DNA of 64,000 nt. It comes from an uncultured Acidobacteriota bacterium. Its GTDB lineage: Bacteria; Acidobacteriota; Terriglobia; Acidiferrales; UBA7541. The notes under the pieces were generated by a model, which was not told the DNA's origin, made no database searches, and was given only the letters and a program-made list of their open reading frames with translations. Both the position numbers and the translations under genes were made by a program. Of the stretch, positions 52,013 through 61,656 are shown in pieces (position 1 is the stretch's first letter; each line of letters begins with the position of its first letter). The stretch spans positions 315,383 to 379,382 of the forward strand of contig CAVWEZ010000007.1 of NCBI GenBank assembly GCA_963754105.1, in the 5' to 3' direction.

Positions 52013-52921
52013 ATGTCACTGCTGGTTGTCGGATCGGTTGCATTTGATGGAATCGAAACACCGTTTGGCAAAGTCGATCGAACGCTCGGAGGCACCGGGA
52101 CCTATTTCGCGCTTGCCGCGAGCCATTTTGCGCCAGTGCGCCTCGTCGCGGTAGTGGGTGAGGATTTTACGGCTAAGGAGGAGGCGATTTTCCGGGGCCG
52201 AAGGATCGATCTCTCGGGCCTCGAGCATGCTAAGGGCAAATCTTTTTTTTGGGCCGGCAAATATAGCCAGAACATGAACGAGCGCACGACGCTGGTGACC
52301 GACCTCAACGTGTTCGCAACGTTCCGCCCCACGCTGCCGAAGTCTTTTACCGATTCACCCTACGTATTTCTTGGCAACATTGACCCGACGTTGCAGCGCT
52401 CCGTCCTCCAGCAGGTGCGGCCCAAGCCGAAAATCGTAGGCCTCGATACCATGAACTATTGGATTTCCGGAACTCCCGAAGAACTGCGCAAAACGCTCAA
52501 GCACGTGGGCATTCTCATGATCAACGAAGATGAGACGCGACAGCTCGCCGCGGAACACAATCTATTCCGAGCCGCTAAGCTGGTTTTCAAGATGGGTCCG
52601 AAGACGATGATTATCAAACGCGGCGAGAATGGCGCCATCATGGTGCACAAAGACTTCGTATTTTCCGTTCCCGCATATCCTCTTGAGGAAGTATTTGATC
52701 CAACCGGCGCCGGCGACACCTTCGCCGGAGGATTCATGGGCTATCTCGCGGGCAAAGGCCGGATCAACGAGCAGACGCTCCGTTCTGCCATGGTGTACGG
52801 TTCGGTGCTGGCCAGCTTCACGGTGGAACGTTTCGGTGTCGAGCGTCTCGCCAAGGTCAAGCGCGCGGAGATCATCGCGCGTGCACGCCTATTTTCGAAG
52901 CTTACGTCGTTCAAACTGTAG
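52013..52921 (+). CDS. PfkB family carbohydrate/nucleoside kinase
   Basis: An intact 302-aa ORF with MSLLVVGSVAFD...GGTGTY and DPTGAGDTFAGGF (PfkB signature 2). Confidence 0.85.
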   Translation: MSLLVVGSVAFDGIETPFGKVDRTLGGTGTYFALAASHFAPVRLVAVVGEDFTAKEEAIFRGRRIDLSGLEHAKGKSFFWAGKYSQNMNERTTLVTDLNVFATFRPTLPKSFTDSPYVFLGNIDPTLQRSVLQQVRPKPKIVGLDTMNYWISGTPEELRKTLKHVGILMINEDETRQLAAEHNLFRAAKLVFKMGPKTMIIKRGENGAIMVHKDFVFSVPAYPLEEVFDPTGAGDTFAGGFMGYLAGKGRINEQTLRSAMVYGSVLASFTVERFGVERLAKVKRAEIIARARLFSKLTSFKL

Positions 52922-52949
52922 TTGTCGCTGTTCCTGATTTTGCCTTCGT

Positions 52950-52985
52950 AGCGGCCGCCTCCAGGCGGGCGATTTCGCTTTTTTA
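52950..52985 (+). terminator. Candidate intrinsic terminator after the PfkB kinase gene
   Basis: agcg-gccgcc-tcca-ggcgggc-gattt-cgct forms an imperfect hairpin followed by tttttt. Confidence 0.4.
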
Positions 52986-53050
52986 GTTGCAGGGGTTTCA
53001 ACGTCGCGGCGAGGCCTTCAGCGCGGCACTTCGCTTCATCGCTCATTTCA

Positions 53051-53102
53051 TGTGGAGTGCGGCGGCAAGCCGCCGCCCGGGCTCGCCCGGGCGTGCTCCT
53101 CG
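53051..53102 (+). repeat. Repeat family B, copy 3
   Basis: tgtggagtgcggcggcaagccgccgcccgggctcgcccgggcgtgctcc. The first palindrome is gcggcggc-aa-gccgccgc, fully re-paired relative to copies 1 and 2. Confidence 0.75.
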
Positions 53103-53121
53103 CATCCGATTGCAAGGCTGC

Positions 53122-53490
53122 TTAGTGCCCGGAAACTCCAGCTTTCAGTTCGCGGATTAATTCAAAAATGCGATCTGGCGGGACAGGTGAGGCATTTGCA
53201 GCGAAGAATCGGTCCCAGTGGATATCAGGAAATCCCATCCGAGTGACTGCAGCGGCAAGCTCCCGCCGCAGTGTTTCGGTATCCGCAGTATTGGTTTTGA
53301 TCAGAGCCTCGTAGATCACTCGATGGTCAGTATGTTTCCAGTGATATTCTTTAAGTTCATCGATTAGTTTTGCGTACGCAGGATCGCTTGCCGGCCTCGT
53401 GCAAAGCGCCCGCAATACATCAAGCTCCAGCTCAGTTGTAGTCACGGACTCGGCGGAAACGCGAAGTGGTTTTTCCGAAGGCAGACGCAT
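53122..53490 (-). CDS. Hypothetical protein (weak DnaB-N-terminal-like helical pattern)
   Basis: An intact 122-aa ORF, last gene of the minus-strand run that begins with three PilZ genes. The domain guess is weak. Confidence 0.35.
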   Translation of the reverse strand: MRLPSEKPLRVSAESVTTTELELDVLRALCTRPASDPAYAKLIDELKEYHWKHTDHRVIYEALIKTNTADTETLRRELAAAVTRMGFPDIHWDRFFAANASPVPPDRIFELIRELKAGVSGH

Positions 53491-53591
53491 TTTGGTGCCG
53501 TGTCGAATCTTAAATCAAGATTCCTCGCCACCATTCCGTATTTTAGAACAGAACTTCGGCAGGCCTACACTCGTTCGCCGCAAGGGGACCA

Positions 53592-53969
53592 CTACGCTGC
53601 CGCGTGGGAAGCGACAGGCCGGACAAAATCGATTCGGTCGATCGTAACAGCCACTCCGTAGATCGGCGCGACTTCCCCGGGAAGCTGCGATACACGCAGA
53701 GCTTTGGCGCTGGCTCGAACCAGAACCGATGCGCCTCGGTCCTTGTCCGCGGGCAGGGCGAACGTGAGTTCAACGGGTGCGCCTGGATCGATTGCCTGTT
53801 CTGAGTGGAAATACAAACCGGACCGCGAAATGTCTCGAAGATGAGCCGTATAGAATTCTGCCGGACGGCGGCGCGATCGGCAAACCTGCAATGGCAAGTA
53901 TACTTCGTACCTCCGGGCCTTCCTGCGTTCACCCATGAGTACCCCCTTGATGAGCGTCTTAGGTTGCAC
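53592..53969 (-). CDS. PilZ domain protein
   Basis: RRKARRYEVYLPLQV...AHLRDISRSGLYFHS is a canonical RxxxR ... DxSxxG. The start may be the internal Met at 53936. Confidence 0.7.
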   Translation of the reverse strand: MQPKTLIKGVLMGERRKARRYEVYLPLQVCRSRRRPAEFYTAHLRDISRSGLYFHSEQAIDPGAPVELTFALPADKDRGASVLVRASAKALRVSQLPGEVAPIYGVAVTIDRIDFVRPVASHAAA

Positions 53970-54160
53970 GGGGAATGCCAGCCCTATCGAGCGACTGCGC
54001 CGCTGATATTAAAAGGGTTAAACCAGAGGTAGTACCCCGAAATGACACGGAGCAAGGAATTTTTTCCGGGACCGGGAAACACCTTCATTCTGAACCTCAA
54101 GGGCTCTACGGCCCCAAAGGAAGCTGAATCCCCCTCGTTTGGCGTCTTGTCTTTGGAAGT

Positions 54161-54697
54161 CTAGAGTACAGGGTCAAACAGAATGGAGGATCCCTCTGCC
54201 TCGGTAAGGATCCCTTTCCCGATCATCAGCCGAACCAGCCGGACCAGAGCAGCCGAATTGCCGGCCATCGGGGTGGCCCCTTCGCGGGCGATCTGCACGA
54301 CTTCTCGAGAGGCTACTTTCCGCGCGCCTGTCAATTCCATGAGCCAGTTATCGAGCGCCGCACGCTGGGTTGTGTCCAATGCATCGAACGCGATGCCCAT
54401 TCCCAGCCCGTGCTGGGAATAAACTACCGTTCCGCGCGTATCGAATTGGGTTTCGTCCTTGCGGACGGCAACCTTGACCTGAGCACCTACCGGAAAGGGA
54501 ACCATGGTGTCAACGAAGCATCCCCCGGGTCCGAGGTCGGTTGTGCGGGTTGAAAAACGAGCGCCGGAGCCGAGTTCGATTACTTCGGCGGACGCAGTGA
54601 AGGAATGACGGTCCGCGTTCCTCCGTTCTGCCTCGCCAGTCGCCGCTTTAGCGCCTGTGGTGTCGCGTGGATGCTTTTTGTTGCCGTGATCGTACAT
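54161..54697 (-). CDS. PilZ domain protein with a C-terminal helical extension
   Basis: ERRNADRHSFTASAEV...TTDLGPGGCFVDT is present. The start is placed at MYDHGNKKH, although the ORF extends to 54805. Confidence 0.65.
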   Translation of the reverse strand: MYDHGNKKHPRDTTGAKAATGEAERRNADRHSFTASAEVIELGSGARFSTRTTDLGPGGCFVDTMVPFPVGAQVKVAVRKDETQFDTRGTVVYSQHGLGMGIAFDALDTTQRAALDNWLMELTGARKVASREVVQIAREGATPMAGNSAALVRLVRLMIGKGILTEAEGSSILFDPVL

Positions 54698-54852
54698 AGA
54701 ATTGCCAACCGCCTTCCGTTCGGCTACGCCGATTGTCCTAAGTATTCTGAATGTCGTGCGCCATCGATGACAAGTGCAATCCCCGGTGTCTTGCCCAAAA
54801 GCCAATCAGCGCGACAGGCCGGTCCAAGCGGGCCGCTGCGTGATGCGGCGTG

Positions 54853-55200
54853 CTACAACAAGAATCTGACAGCGAGGCCAACATGGTTGGCCCCTCGGTC
54901 TTCGAGGCGCACAATCGAGCCAAGGAATTTCCGATGAGCCGAGACTTTGTCGCCGAAAGGAAATGTAATCATCAGACGCATCCCGACGGAATAATGGGGC
55001 ATCGAGGTCGTGAAATAGAGGCCATCACGCGTAAAATCAATCACTTGGCCGACGTCTTCGATCTCCGCAAACCGGGCGTCAAACGGCCGAATGTGTAGCG
55101 GCAGAGAGACTTTCAGCCTCTTTCGCCGGCGGGCATCTCGGGCTGCCTTTTCGGAAGCTCGGGTTGAGGATCGCATGTTGGGCCAGGGCGCTGCACTCAT
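54853..55200 (-). CDS. PilZ domain protein
   Basis: ARRRKRLKVSLPLHIRPF...GQVIDFTRDGLYFTT. Confidence 0.65.
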   Translation of the reverse strand: MSAAPWPNMRSSTRASEKAARDARRRKRLKVSLPLHIRPFDARFAEIEDVGQVIDFTRDGLYFTTSMPHYSVGMRLMITFPFGDKVSAHRKFLGSIVRLEDRGANHVGLAVRFLL

Positions 55201-55473
55201 TTGTCGCCTCCACTGATAGAGCGGCTCTGCATGTCTATTTTACGTGCCGGGGAGCGCTCTCCTATAGGACGGGGGTACCATGGGCCACCTACCAAAGTTC
55301 GGCTTTACCGCACGTAAAGCTTCGAGTTTGAAGCATCGGAAAGTTCGAGTTTGCCTCACGAGAATGGCTAACTCGAAACATTAAGGGTGCCTTAGCGGGC
55401 CGATTCTGACGCGAAACGCCGCCGATCTGACCCTTTGGCGAGCAGACAGTAGAATCTCCACAGCAAGAGCTTC

Positions 55474-55502
55474 TTGACAGGCGGGGGCGCGGAGGTTAAC
55501 GT
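55474..55502 (+). promoter_or_regulatory. Possible sigma70-type promoter for the ilv leader (TTGACA-N17-TAACGT)
   Basis: cttgacaggcgggggcgcggaggttaacgt lies about 30 nt upstream of the leader-peptide ATG. Confidence 0.3.
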
Positions 55503-55533
55503 AGCGGTTGGTAAATCTCCAGACGCGGACGCT

Positions 55534-55611
55534 ATGGGAATCTACGCAAACTTGGTAAGACTCGTAATTGTAGGACTCGTACGCGCGCTCCGGGCTGGAG
55601 GGCATCACTGA
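55534..55611 (+). CDS. ilvBN leader peptide candidate (25 aa, branched-chain-rich)
   Basis: Hand translation gives MGIYANLVRLVIVGLVRALRAGGHH-stop. Ten of 25 residues are Leu/Val/Ile, concentrated in LVRLVIVGLV. It lies between the putative promoter and a strong terminator preceding ilvB. The RBS is weak. Confidence 0.45.
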   Translation: MGIYANLVRLVIVGLVRALRAGGHH

Positions 55612-55643
55612 GCTGAGCGGTAAGAATCCAAAAGGCTCATGAG

Positions 55644-55685
55644 ACCCACCTGCCAGAGACGCTGGCAAGGTGGGTTTTTATTTTT
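55644..55685 (+). terminator. Intrinsic terminator (attenuator) 33 nt upstream of ilvB
   Basis: acccacctgccag-agacg-ctggcaaggtgggt forms a 13-bp stem with one bulge and a 5-nt loop, followed by ttttattttt. Confidence 0.75.
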
Positions 55686-55717
55686 GTACCCATGGAAGAA
55701 TTGAAGAGGGGACTGCG

Positions 55718-57448
55718 ATGGAAAGCAAAAAGGAAACGATGACCGGCGCGAGAATTCTGTGGGAATGTCTGGAACGCGAAGGCGTGAAAACGGTATTCGG
55801 CTATCCGGGCGGAGCGATTCTGCCCGCCTACGACGCGCTGCGGCACAGCTCCATTCACCACATTCTGGTGCGCCACGAGCAGGGCGCGACGCACATGGCC
55901 GATGGCTATGCGCGCGCGACCGGCGAGGTTGGCGTGGCCGTGGCGACCTCCGGCCCGGCGCGACCAACATGGTCACCGGAATCGCCACGGCGATGATGGA
56001 TTCCTCGCCGATCGTTTGCATCACCGGCCAGGTCGGCAGCAAGCTGCTCGGCTCCGATGCGTTTCAGGAGACCGACATCACCGGCGTCACGCTGCCGATC
56101 ACGAAGCACAACTATCTGGTGACGCGCGCGGACGAGATGCGCCCGCCGATTCGCGAGGCCATGTATGTCGCAAAATCCGGACGCCCCGGGCCCGGTGCTG
56201 ATCGACATCACCAAGGACGCGCAGCAGAGCTCGTGCGAATTCGATTGGGAAGCGGCGGCGCCGAAGATGCGCGGTTACCGGCCGGATCACTCGCCTGCGA
56301 AGGAAGCATACGATAAGGCGCTGGAGCTGATTCGCGCGGCCAAGCGGCCGGTGATTCTGGCAGGGCACGGCATTTCGATTTCCGGCGCCGAGCAGGAAGT
56401 TCAGGCGTTTGCGGAGCGGACTTGCATCCCCGTGGCGATGACGCTGCTCGGCTGGGCCGCTTGCCCGCGTCTCACGTGCTGAACCTGGGAATGATGGGCA
56501 TGCACGGCGAAGCCTGGGTGAACAAGACGATTCAGGAAGCCGATCTGCTGATCGCGTTCGGCATGCGCTTCGACGATCGCGTGACCGGCAACTTGAAGAC
56601 CTATGCGCCGAACGCCAAGAAAATCCACGTCGAAATCGATCCCGCGGAGATCAACAAGAATGTGAAGGTGGACGTCGCGCTGGTCGGCGACCTGCGCAAA
56701 ATCCTGCACGAAATGCTGCCGCGGCTCGAATCCGCGAATCACAGCGAGTGGCTCGAGCAGATTCGCGGCCTCAAGGGAGATTCCGCCGTGCGCGACATTC
56801 AGAATCTGCCGGACAACGGCCATCTCTACGCCGCGCACGTGATCAACGATATGTGGCACGAAACGCGCGACAGCGACGCGATCGTGGTCACCGACGTGGG
56901 CCAGCACCAGATGTGGGAGGCGCAGTATTACAAGCACGAGAAGCCGCGCTCGCTGATCACTTCCGGCGGCCTGGGCACGATGGGGTTCGCGCTTCCCGCG
57001 GCCATTGGCGCGAAAGTGGCGCGGCCCGATGCCGACGTTTGGGTCGGTGGTCGGCGACGGCGGCTTCCAGATGACCATGGCCGAGCTGGCCACGATCGTG
57101 CAGGAAAATCTGAAGGTGAATATCGCCATCATCAACAACGGCTATCTGGGAATGGTCCGGCAGTGGCAGGAATTTTTCTACGACCGCAACTACGAAGCCA
57201 CGCCGCTGCTGAGTCCCAATTTCGCGAAGCTTGGCGCAGGCCTACGGCATCCGCAGCATCGCGGTGAAGAAGCGGGCCGACGTGGTTCCGGCGGTGCGGG
57301 CGGCGCACGCGCACGAAGGGCCCGGTGCTGATCGATTTCCAGGTCGAGCAGGAAGACACCGTGTATCCGATGGTGGCGGCCGGCGCGGCGCTGCACGAAA
57401 TGATCCGCCGGCCGAATCCGCTTGGTGGAAACGGCGGAGGACGAATAG
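55718..57448 (+). pseudogene. ilvB: Acetolactate synthase large subunit; at least 6 frame interruptions
   Basis: [34 protein letters not shown]...[17 protein letters not shown] / [28 protein letters not shown] / [10 protein letters not shown] / MMGMHGEAWVN...GMRFDDRVTG / VVGDGGFQMTMAELATI...INNGYLGMVRQWQ / [13 protein letters not shown], spread over all three frames. Confidence 0.9.
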
Positions 57449-57456
57449 GAGAAACC

Positions 57457-58005
57457 ATGCTGCATACATTCGTGGTCTACGTTGAAAATAAGCCGGGCGT
57501 GCTGTCGCGCGTGGTGTCGCTGTTCCGGCGCCGCGCATTCAACATCGACTCGCTGACCGTGGGCCGCACGGAAAAGCCGGACGTCTCGCGCATGACGATC
57601 GTCGTCGATGCGGATCGAGGATCAGGCGCGGCGCATCGTCGCGAACATCTACAAGCTGGTGAACGTGCTGCTGGTCGACGACGTGACCGGACAGGGCGCG
57701 CTGCTGCGCGATCTTCGCTCATCAAGGTGGGCGCGACCCAGGAGAATCGCGCGCAAGTGTTGCAGCTCGCCGAGGTGTTCCGCGCGCGCGTGCTGGATAT
57801 TGCCGCTGAGTCGATCACGCTGGAGATGACCGGCGGCGAGGAAAAAGTAGACCGCTTCCTCGAACTTCTCGCGCCGTTCGGGTTGCTGGAAATGGTGCGC
57901 ACCGGAATCGTAGCCATGCGGCGCGGCGCGAAATCGCCGAACGTGACATCGAAAGCGGCTCGCGTAGGAGCCACAGACGACGACACCGTTTCCTATTCGG
58001 TGTAA
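57457..58005 (+). pseudogene. ilvN: Acetolactate synthase small (regulatory) subunit; frame interrupted near 57612 and 57715
   Basis: [50 protein letters not shown] / [24 protein letters not shown] / [28 protein letters not shown]... GGAG lies upstream of the ATG. Confidence 0.85.
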
Positions 58006-58103
58006 GCGCTCGCGGCAACGCAGCTCTTAAGGAAACGGCGGTTAGGGTACTGGGTCAGTTTGGAGCGTGTCGCGAGGGAATGATTGACAGCGGGCGTGGG
58101 TGA

Positions 58104-58643
58104 GTGTATGTCATACACACCCGATCCTTAGGCGGGAAACAGGGCGAAACATTAGGGGTCAGGCATGAGCGCACCAATGCAGTCCTTGAGCAAGAAGCAC
58201 GATACGACAGCAACGCGATCCGGCTAGAAAACATAAAGATGCTCGGCGGGCGTTGCTCGAATCCCAAGTGCGGATGGCACAATGAAGACGATACGATCGG
58301 GTGCACAAACGCCAAGGCGTTGCAGTTCGATCACAAAGACGGCGGAGGCACTGAGGCGCGACGTGGCGGGCGCGATGGCCTTGCGGGTCTGTACTACATA
58401 AAGAATCATCCTGAGCTTTTCCAACTTCTTTGCGCGAATTGCAACTGGATCAAGCGGGACAAGAACGAGGAGGCGCGCGGGACGTATCAGTTTAAGCAGC
58501 CCCCATTGGTGAGGCGCTCACTGCACCAGCCCGGGCGAAGAGTCAATGAAACGCACGCACTGAAAGATGCTCGGCAACGGCAAGAGTTCCTTAAAGCAGA
58601 ACGGTCCTTTCTCGCTGCTAAAATCCCAGAGACGACGAAATGA
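58104..58643 (+). CDS. HNH endonuclease-like protein (start uncertain)
   Basis: LGGRCSNPKCGW...LQFDHKDGGG...LLCANCNWIKR shows HNH/zinc-finger spacing. It lies in a lower-GC islet. Confidence 0.55.
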   Translation: MYVIHTRSLGGKQGETLGVRHERTNAVLEQEARYDSNAIRLENIKMLGGRCSNPKCGWHNEDDTIGCTNAKALQFDHKDGGGTEARRGGRDGLAGLYYIKNHPELFQLLCANCNWIKRDKNEEARGTYQFKQPPLVRRSLHQPGRRVNETHALKDARQRQEFLKAERSFLAAKIPETTK

Positions 58644-58969
58644 CAGCCTTTTTCAAACCGATGCGCGCGCGCAAGGAGCATGAACGTCTGGTTTTGTTCA
58701 ACAAGCGGCCAAACCCCGTATGCAACCTCGTAGCCGAATTGACTGACCGGCCAATTGGAATAAGGTTGGAATTGTTTCCGAACGAGCGTGCATCTTCCCC
58801 AACTTCCTACCTCACCGCTGACCGGGGCAGAACGTTCCATCACGTTTTGAGCGTGATGTCTGCGAGCGGGACCAAAGTGCAAGTTGGGGAGGAAGAAACA
58901 AATCCAGAAACCTTGGCCTCGTTGCGGGCATTGCTTGCAGCGTGGGGCGAGGGGCTTGCGCCGGTTTAG
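58640..58969 (+). CDS. Hypothetical protein
   Basis: A 109-aa ORF whose start overlaps the HNH stop (ATGA). No domain recognised. Confidence 0.3.
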   Translation: MTAFFKPMRARKEHERLVLFNKRPNPVCNLVAELTDRPIGIRLELFPNERASSPTSYLTADRGRTFHHVLSVMSASGTKVQVGEEETNPETLASLRALLAAWGEGLAPV

Positions 58970-59056
58970 AAAGCACGTCGCCAGAGCAAATTGACCCAGC
59001 ACGTTGATTAGGGGTGGGTTATAACGACAATGATTTGCTGATATTCTCTACTTCCA

Positions 59057-59251
59057 ATGGCGAAAAAGAAATCAAAACTCGATAGGGCGACCGACATGGT
59101 TGCCCAAATAATCGCAGAGCAGTTCGCCACCTTGCCCCCAAGCGTTGCAGTGGCAAAAGGTAAAAGGCTGCACGATCTGGCGGTAAAAGTTTCCTGCGCT
59201 TCAACACCCGGTAACCCCGGCGACAGCCTATCAGAAAACCTGCCAGGGTAA
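59057..59251 (+). CDS. Hypothetical small protein
   Basis: A 64-aa ORF in the lower-GC islet. Only ORF evidence. Confidence 0.2.
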   Translation: MAKKKSKLDRATDMVAQIIAEQFATLPPSVAVAKGKRLHDLAVKVSCASTPGNPGDSLSENLPG

Positions 59252-59259
59252 CGGCTCGC

Positions 59260-61056
59260 TCAGGCGGATTTGCGCTTGGCTGCTTTTGGCTTTGCTGCTT
59301 CGGGCTTGGGCCTGAGCGCGGCGAGAAACTGCTCCAGCGGCAGGGTGTTGATCACGTCTTTCTTTTCGATCCAGCCGCGCCGCGCTGTGATTACTCCGTA
59401 TTTCATCATTTGCCAGGTGCAGCGTCGAGTGCGCGTCGGTGGAGATGACGATCTTCACGCCGCGTTGCTTCGCCATGCGCAGATGAACGTCGCGCAGATC
59501 GAGCCGGTCGGGATAGGCATTGCATTCCATCGCCATGCCGCGCGCGGCGGCCGTATCGAGGATCTTTTCCATGTCGTAGTCGAAAGGCTCGCGGCGCAGC
59601 ACAAGCCGGCCCGTCGGATGCGCGATGATCTGCGTGTACGGATTCTCGATGGCCGCCAGGATCCGCTCGGTCATTTCCGCGCGTTCCATATTCATGTAGG
59701 AGTGAACGGACGCGACCACCACGTCGAGCTGCGCCAGCACTTCGTCGTCGAGATCGAGCGAGCCGTTCTTCTTGATGTCCACCTCGATGCCCGCAAGCAG
59801 GCGAATGCCGGGAACGCGCTCTTGCGCGGCGCGGATTTTCTTGATCTGCTCGAGCGTCCGCTCTTCATCCATGCCATTGGCGACGGTGACCGCCTGCGAA
59901 TGATCGGTCAGCGCGATGTATTCGTAGCCGAGCTCGCGCGCCGCCTCGCCCATTTCCTCGATCGAGTTGCGGCCGTCCGACGCGGTGGTGTGCATCTGCA
60001 AATCGCCGCGAATGTCCTCGAGCTCGACGAGGTGCGGCAGCGTGCCCTGTTCCGCCGCTTCGATTTCGCCGGTCATCTCGCGTAATTCCGGCTCGATGTA
60101 GGCAAGTTTGAGCTTCGCGTAGATTTCTTCTTCGGTTTTGCCCGCCACCGCTCTGCCGCCTTTCAGAGTGGTGAGCGCGTATTCGTTGAGCGTCCAGCCC
60201 ATATCGAGCGCGCGTCCGCGCAGCGCCACGTTGTGCGCCTTCGAGCCCGTGAAATACAGCAGCGCCGCGCCGAAGGACTTCTTTTCGAGCAGCCGCACAT
60301 CCACTTGCAGGCCGCTGCCCAGCAGAAAGCTGACTTTGTTTTCGCCGTGCGCGAGCGTTCTGATCGATGCCCGGATATTTCAAAATATGCTCGGCCACGG
60401 CGTCGACGTCTTTCTGCTTGTCTGGCCCGGGACGCATGGTGACGAGAAGATCGAGATCGCCGATGGTTTCGCGGCCGCGGCGCAGCGAGCCTGCCGGCGT
60501 GACAGACTCGACGGCGTCGCCCGCTTTCGCGATGTATGCGACTCAGCTTCTGCGCCTCGTCGTCGGCAACGTTCATGCGAACGCGGCCCGAGCCCGAAAG
60601 GTTCTTGAATTGCTCGGCGGCCTTCAGAATATTCTGTTCGCTCTTTTCGCCGAAGCCCGGAAGGTCGCGCAGTTTGCCTTCGCGCGCGAGCTTCGCGACG
60701 CCATCGACGGTGCCGACTTTGAAATTGCTCCAGAGAAACGCGACCTTTTTTGGGCCGAGCGATTGCAAATGGAGCAAGTCGAGCAGCGTGGGCGGATATT
60801 TCTTCAGCAGCTTCTGGCGCAGGCGTAATCGCCGGTCTGCGAGGATCTCGCGGATGTGCTCGGCCATGCTGTCGCCGACGCCGGGCAGCTCTTTCAGCTT
60901 TTTGGGGTCTTTGGCGAGGTCCTCGATGCGCTCGTGAATGCTGTAGAGCAGTTCGGCGACTTTTTCGTAGCTGCGATAGCGGCCGATGATCGCGCCGTCG
61001 ATTTCGAGCAGTTGCGCGGTCTCGCGCAGGATTTTCGCGACTTCTTTGTTTTCCAC
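59260..61056 (-). pseudogene. polX: DNA polymerase X family protein with C-terminal PHP domain; at least 4 frame interruptions
   Basis: GTG start. MENKEVAKILRETAQLLEIDG...LKELPGVGDSMAEHI...LQSLGPKKVAFLW are HhH motifs. FGAALLYFTGSKAHNVALR is present. PHP: GDLQMHTTASDG...IALTDHS...VASVHS...IIAHP...VISTDAHS. The C-terminus lies in another frame and ends ...KPKAAKRKSA. Confidence 0.85.
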
Positions 61057-61083
61057 TGCCGCTTCTCCGATTTGCGCAGCTAA

Positions 61084-61656
61084 CTATTTTCCGCGCGCAA
61101 GAAATCTAGCGTAGTACAGAATGCCCGCCACGGTTTTCGAGTCTCGAATCTTGCCGCTGCGAATCCATCTCCGGGCTTCGGTCAGCGTCAAAATGCGCTG
61201 CGTGATTTTTTCATCGTCTTCCGGACTGCGCCTTGCCCTTCGTCAGACCCTCGGCCAGAAATATCACCATTCTCTCGCCAAGCAAACCCGGGGAAGGGAA
61301 CACTTCGAGCAGCTTTTGCGGATTCTGCGCGCCGTGTAGCCTGTTTCTTCCTGCAATTCGCGGTGCGCGCCGTGGAAGAAAGTCCTCGTGCGGCTCCTTG
61401 TGGCCGGCGACCAGCTCCCACAAGATATTGTCCGGCGGCATGCCGATACTGGCGGATCAGCACGATGCGCCCGTCTGGCAGCACCGGCAATACCACGACC
61501 GATCCGGGATGCTGTACAAATTCCCGAATTGCAGTCACGCCGCTGGGCTCGAGCACACGGTCGCGCTTCAGCGAGAAAACGCGGCCTCGAAAAAGAGTTT
61601 TGCTGCTCAGAATTTTTGCCTTCCGCGCCTGTTTACTCTCTTCTCGATTTCACCCT
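61084..61656 (-). pseudogene. NUDIX hydrolase (ADP-ribose pyrophosphatase-like); at least 3 frame interruptions, and the start is approximate
   Basis: LFRGRVFSLKRDRVLEPSGVTAIREFVQHPGSVVVLPVLPDGRIVLIRQYRHAAGQYL / WELVAGHKEPHEDFL / HRELQEETGY / LLEVFPSPGLLGERMVIFLAEGL... ILYYARFLARGK-stop. Confidence 0.7.

Noticed and set aside
58104-59251. A defence system or prophage remnant around the HNH gene.
   Set aside because: Only one recognisable domain (HNH) and two tiny ORFans are present. There are no integrase, ATPase, methylase, capsid or other hallmark genes. It is reported only as a compositional islet.
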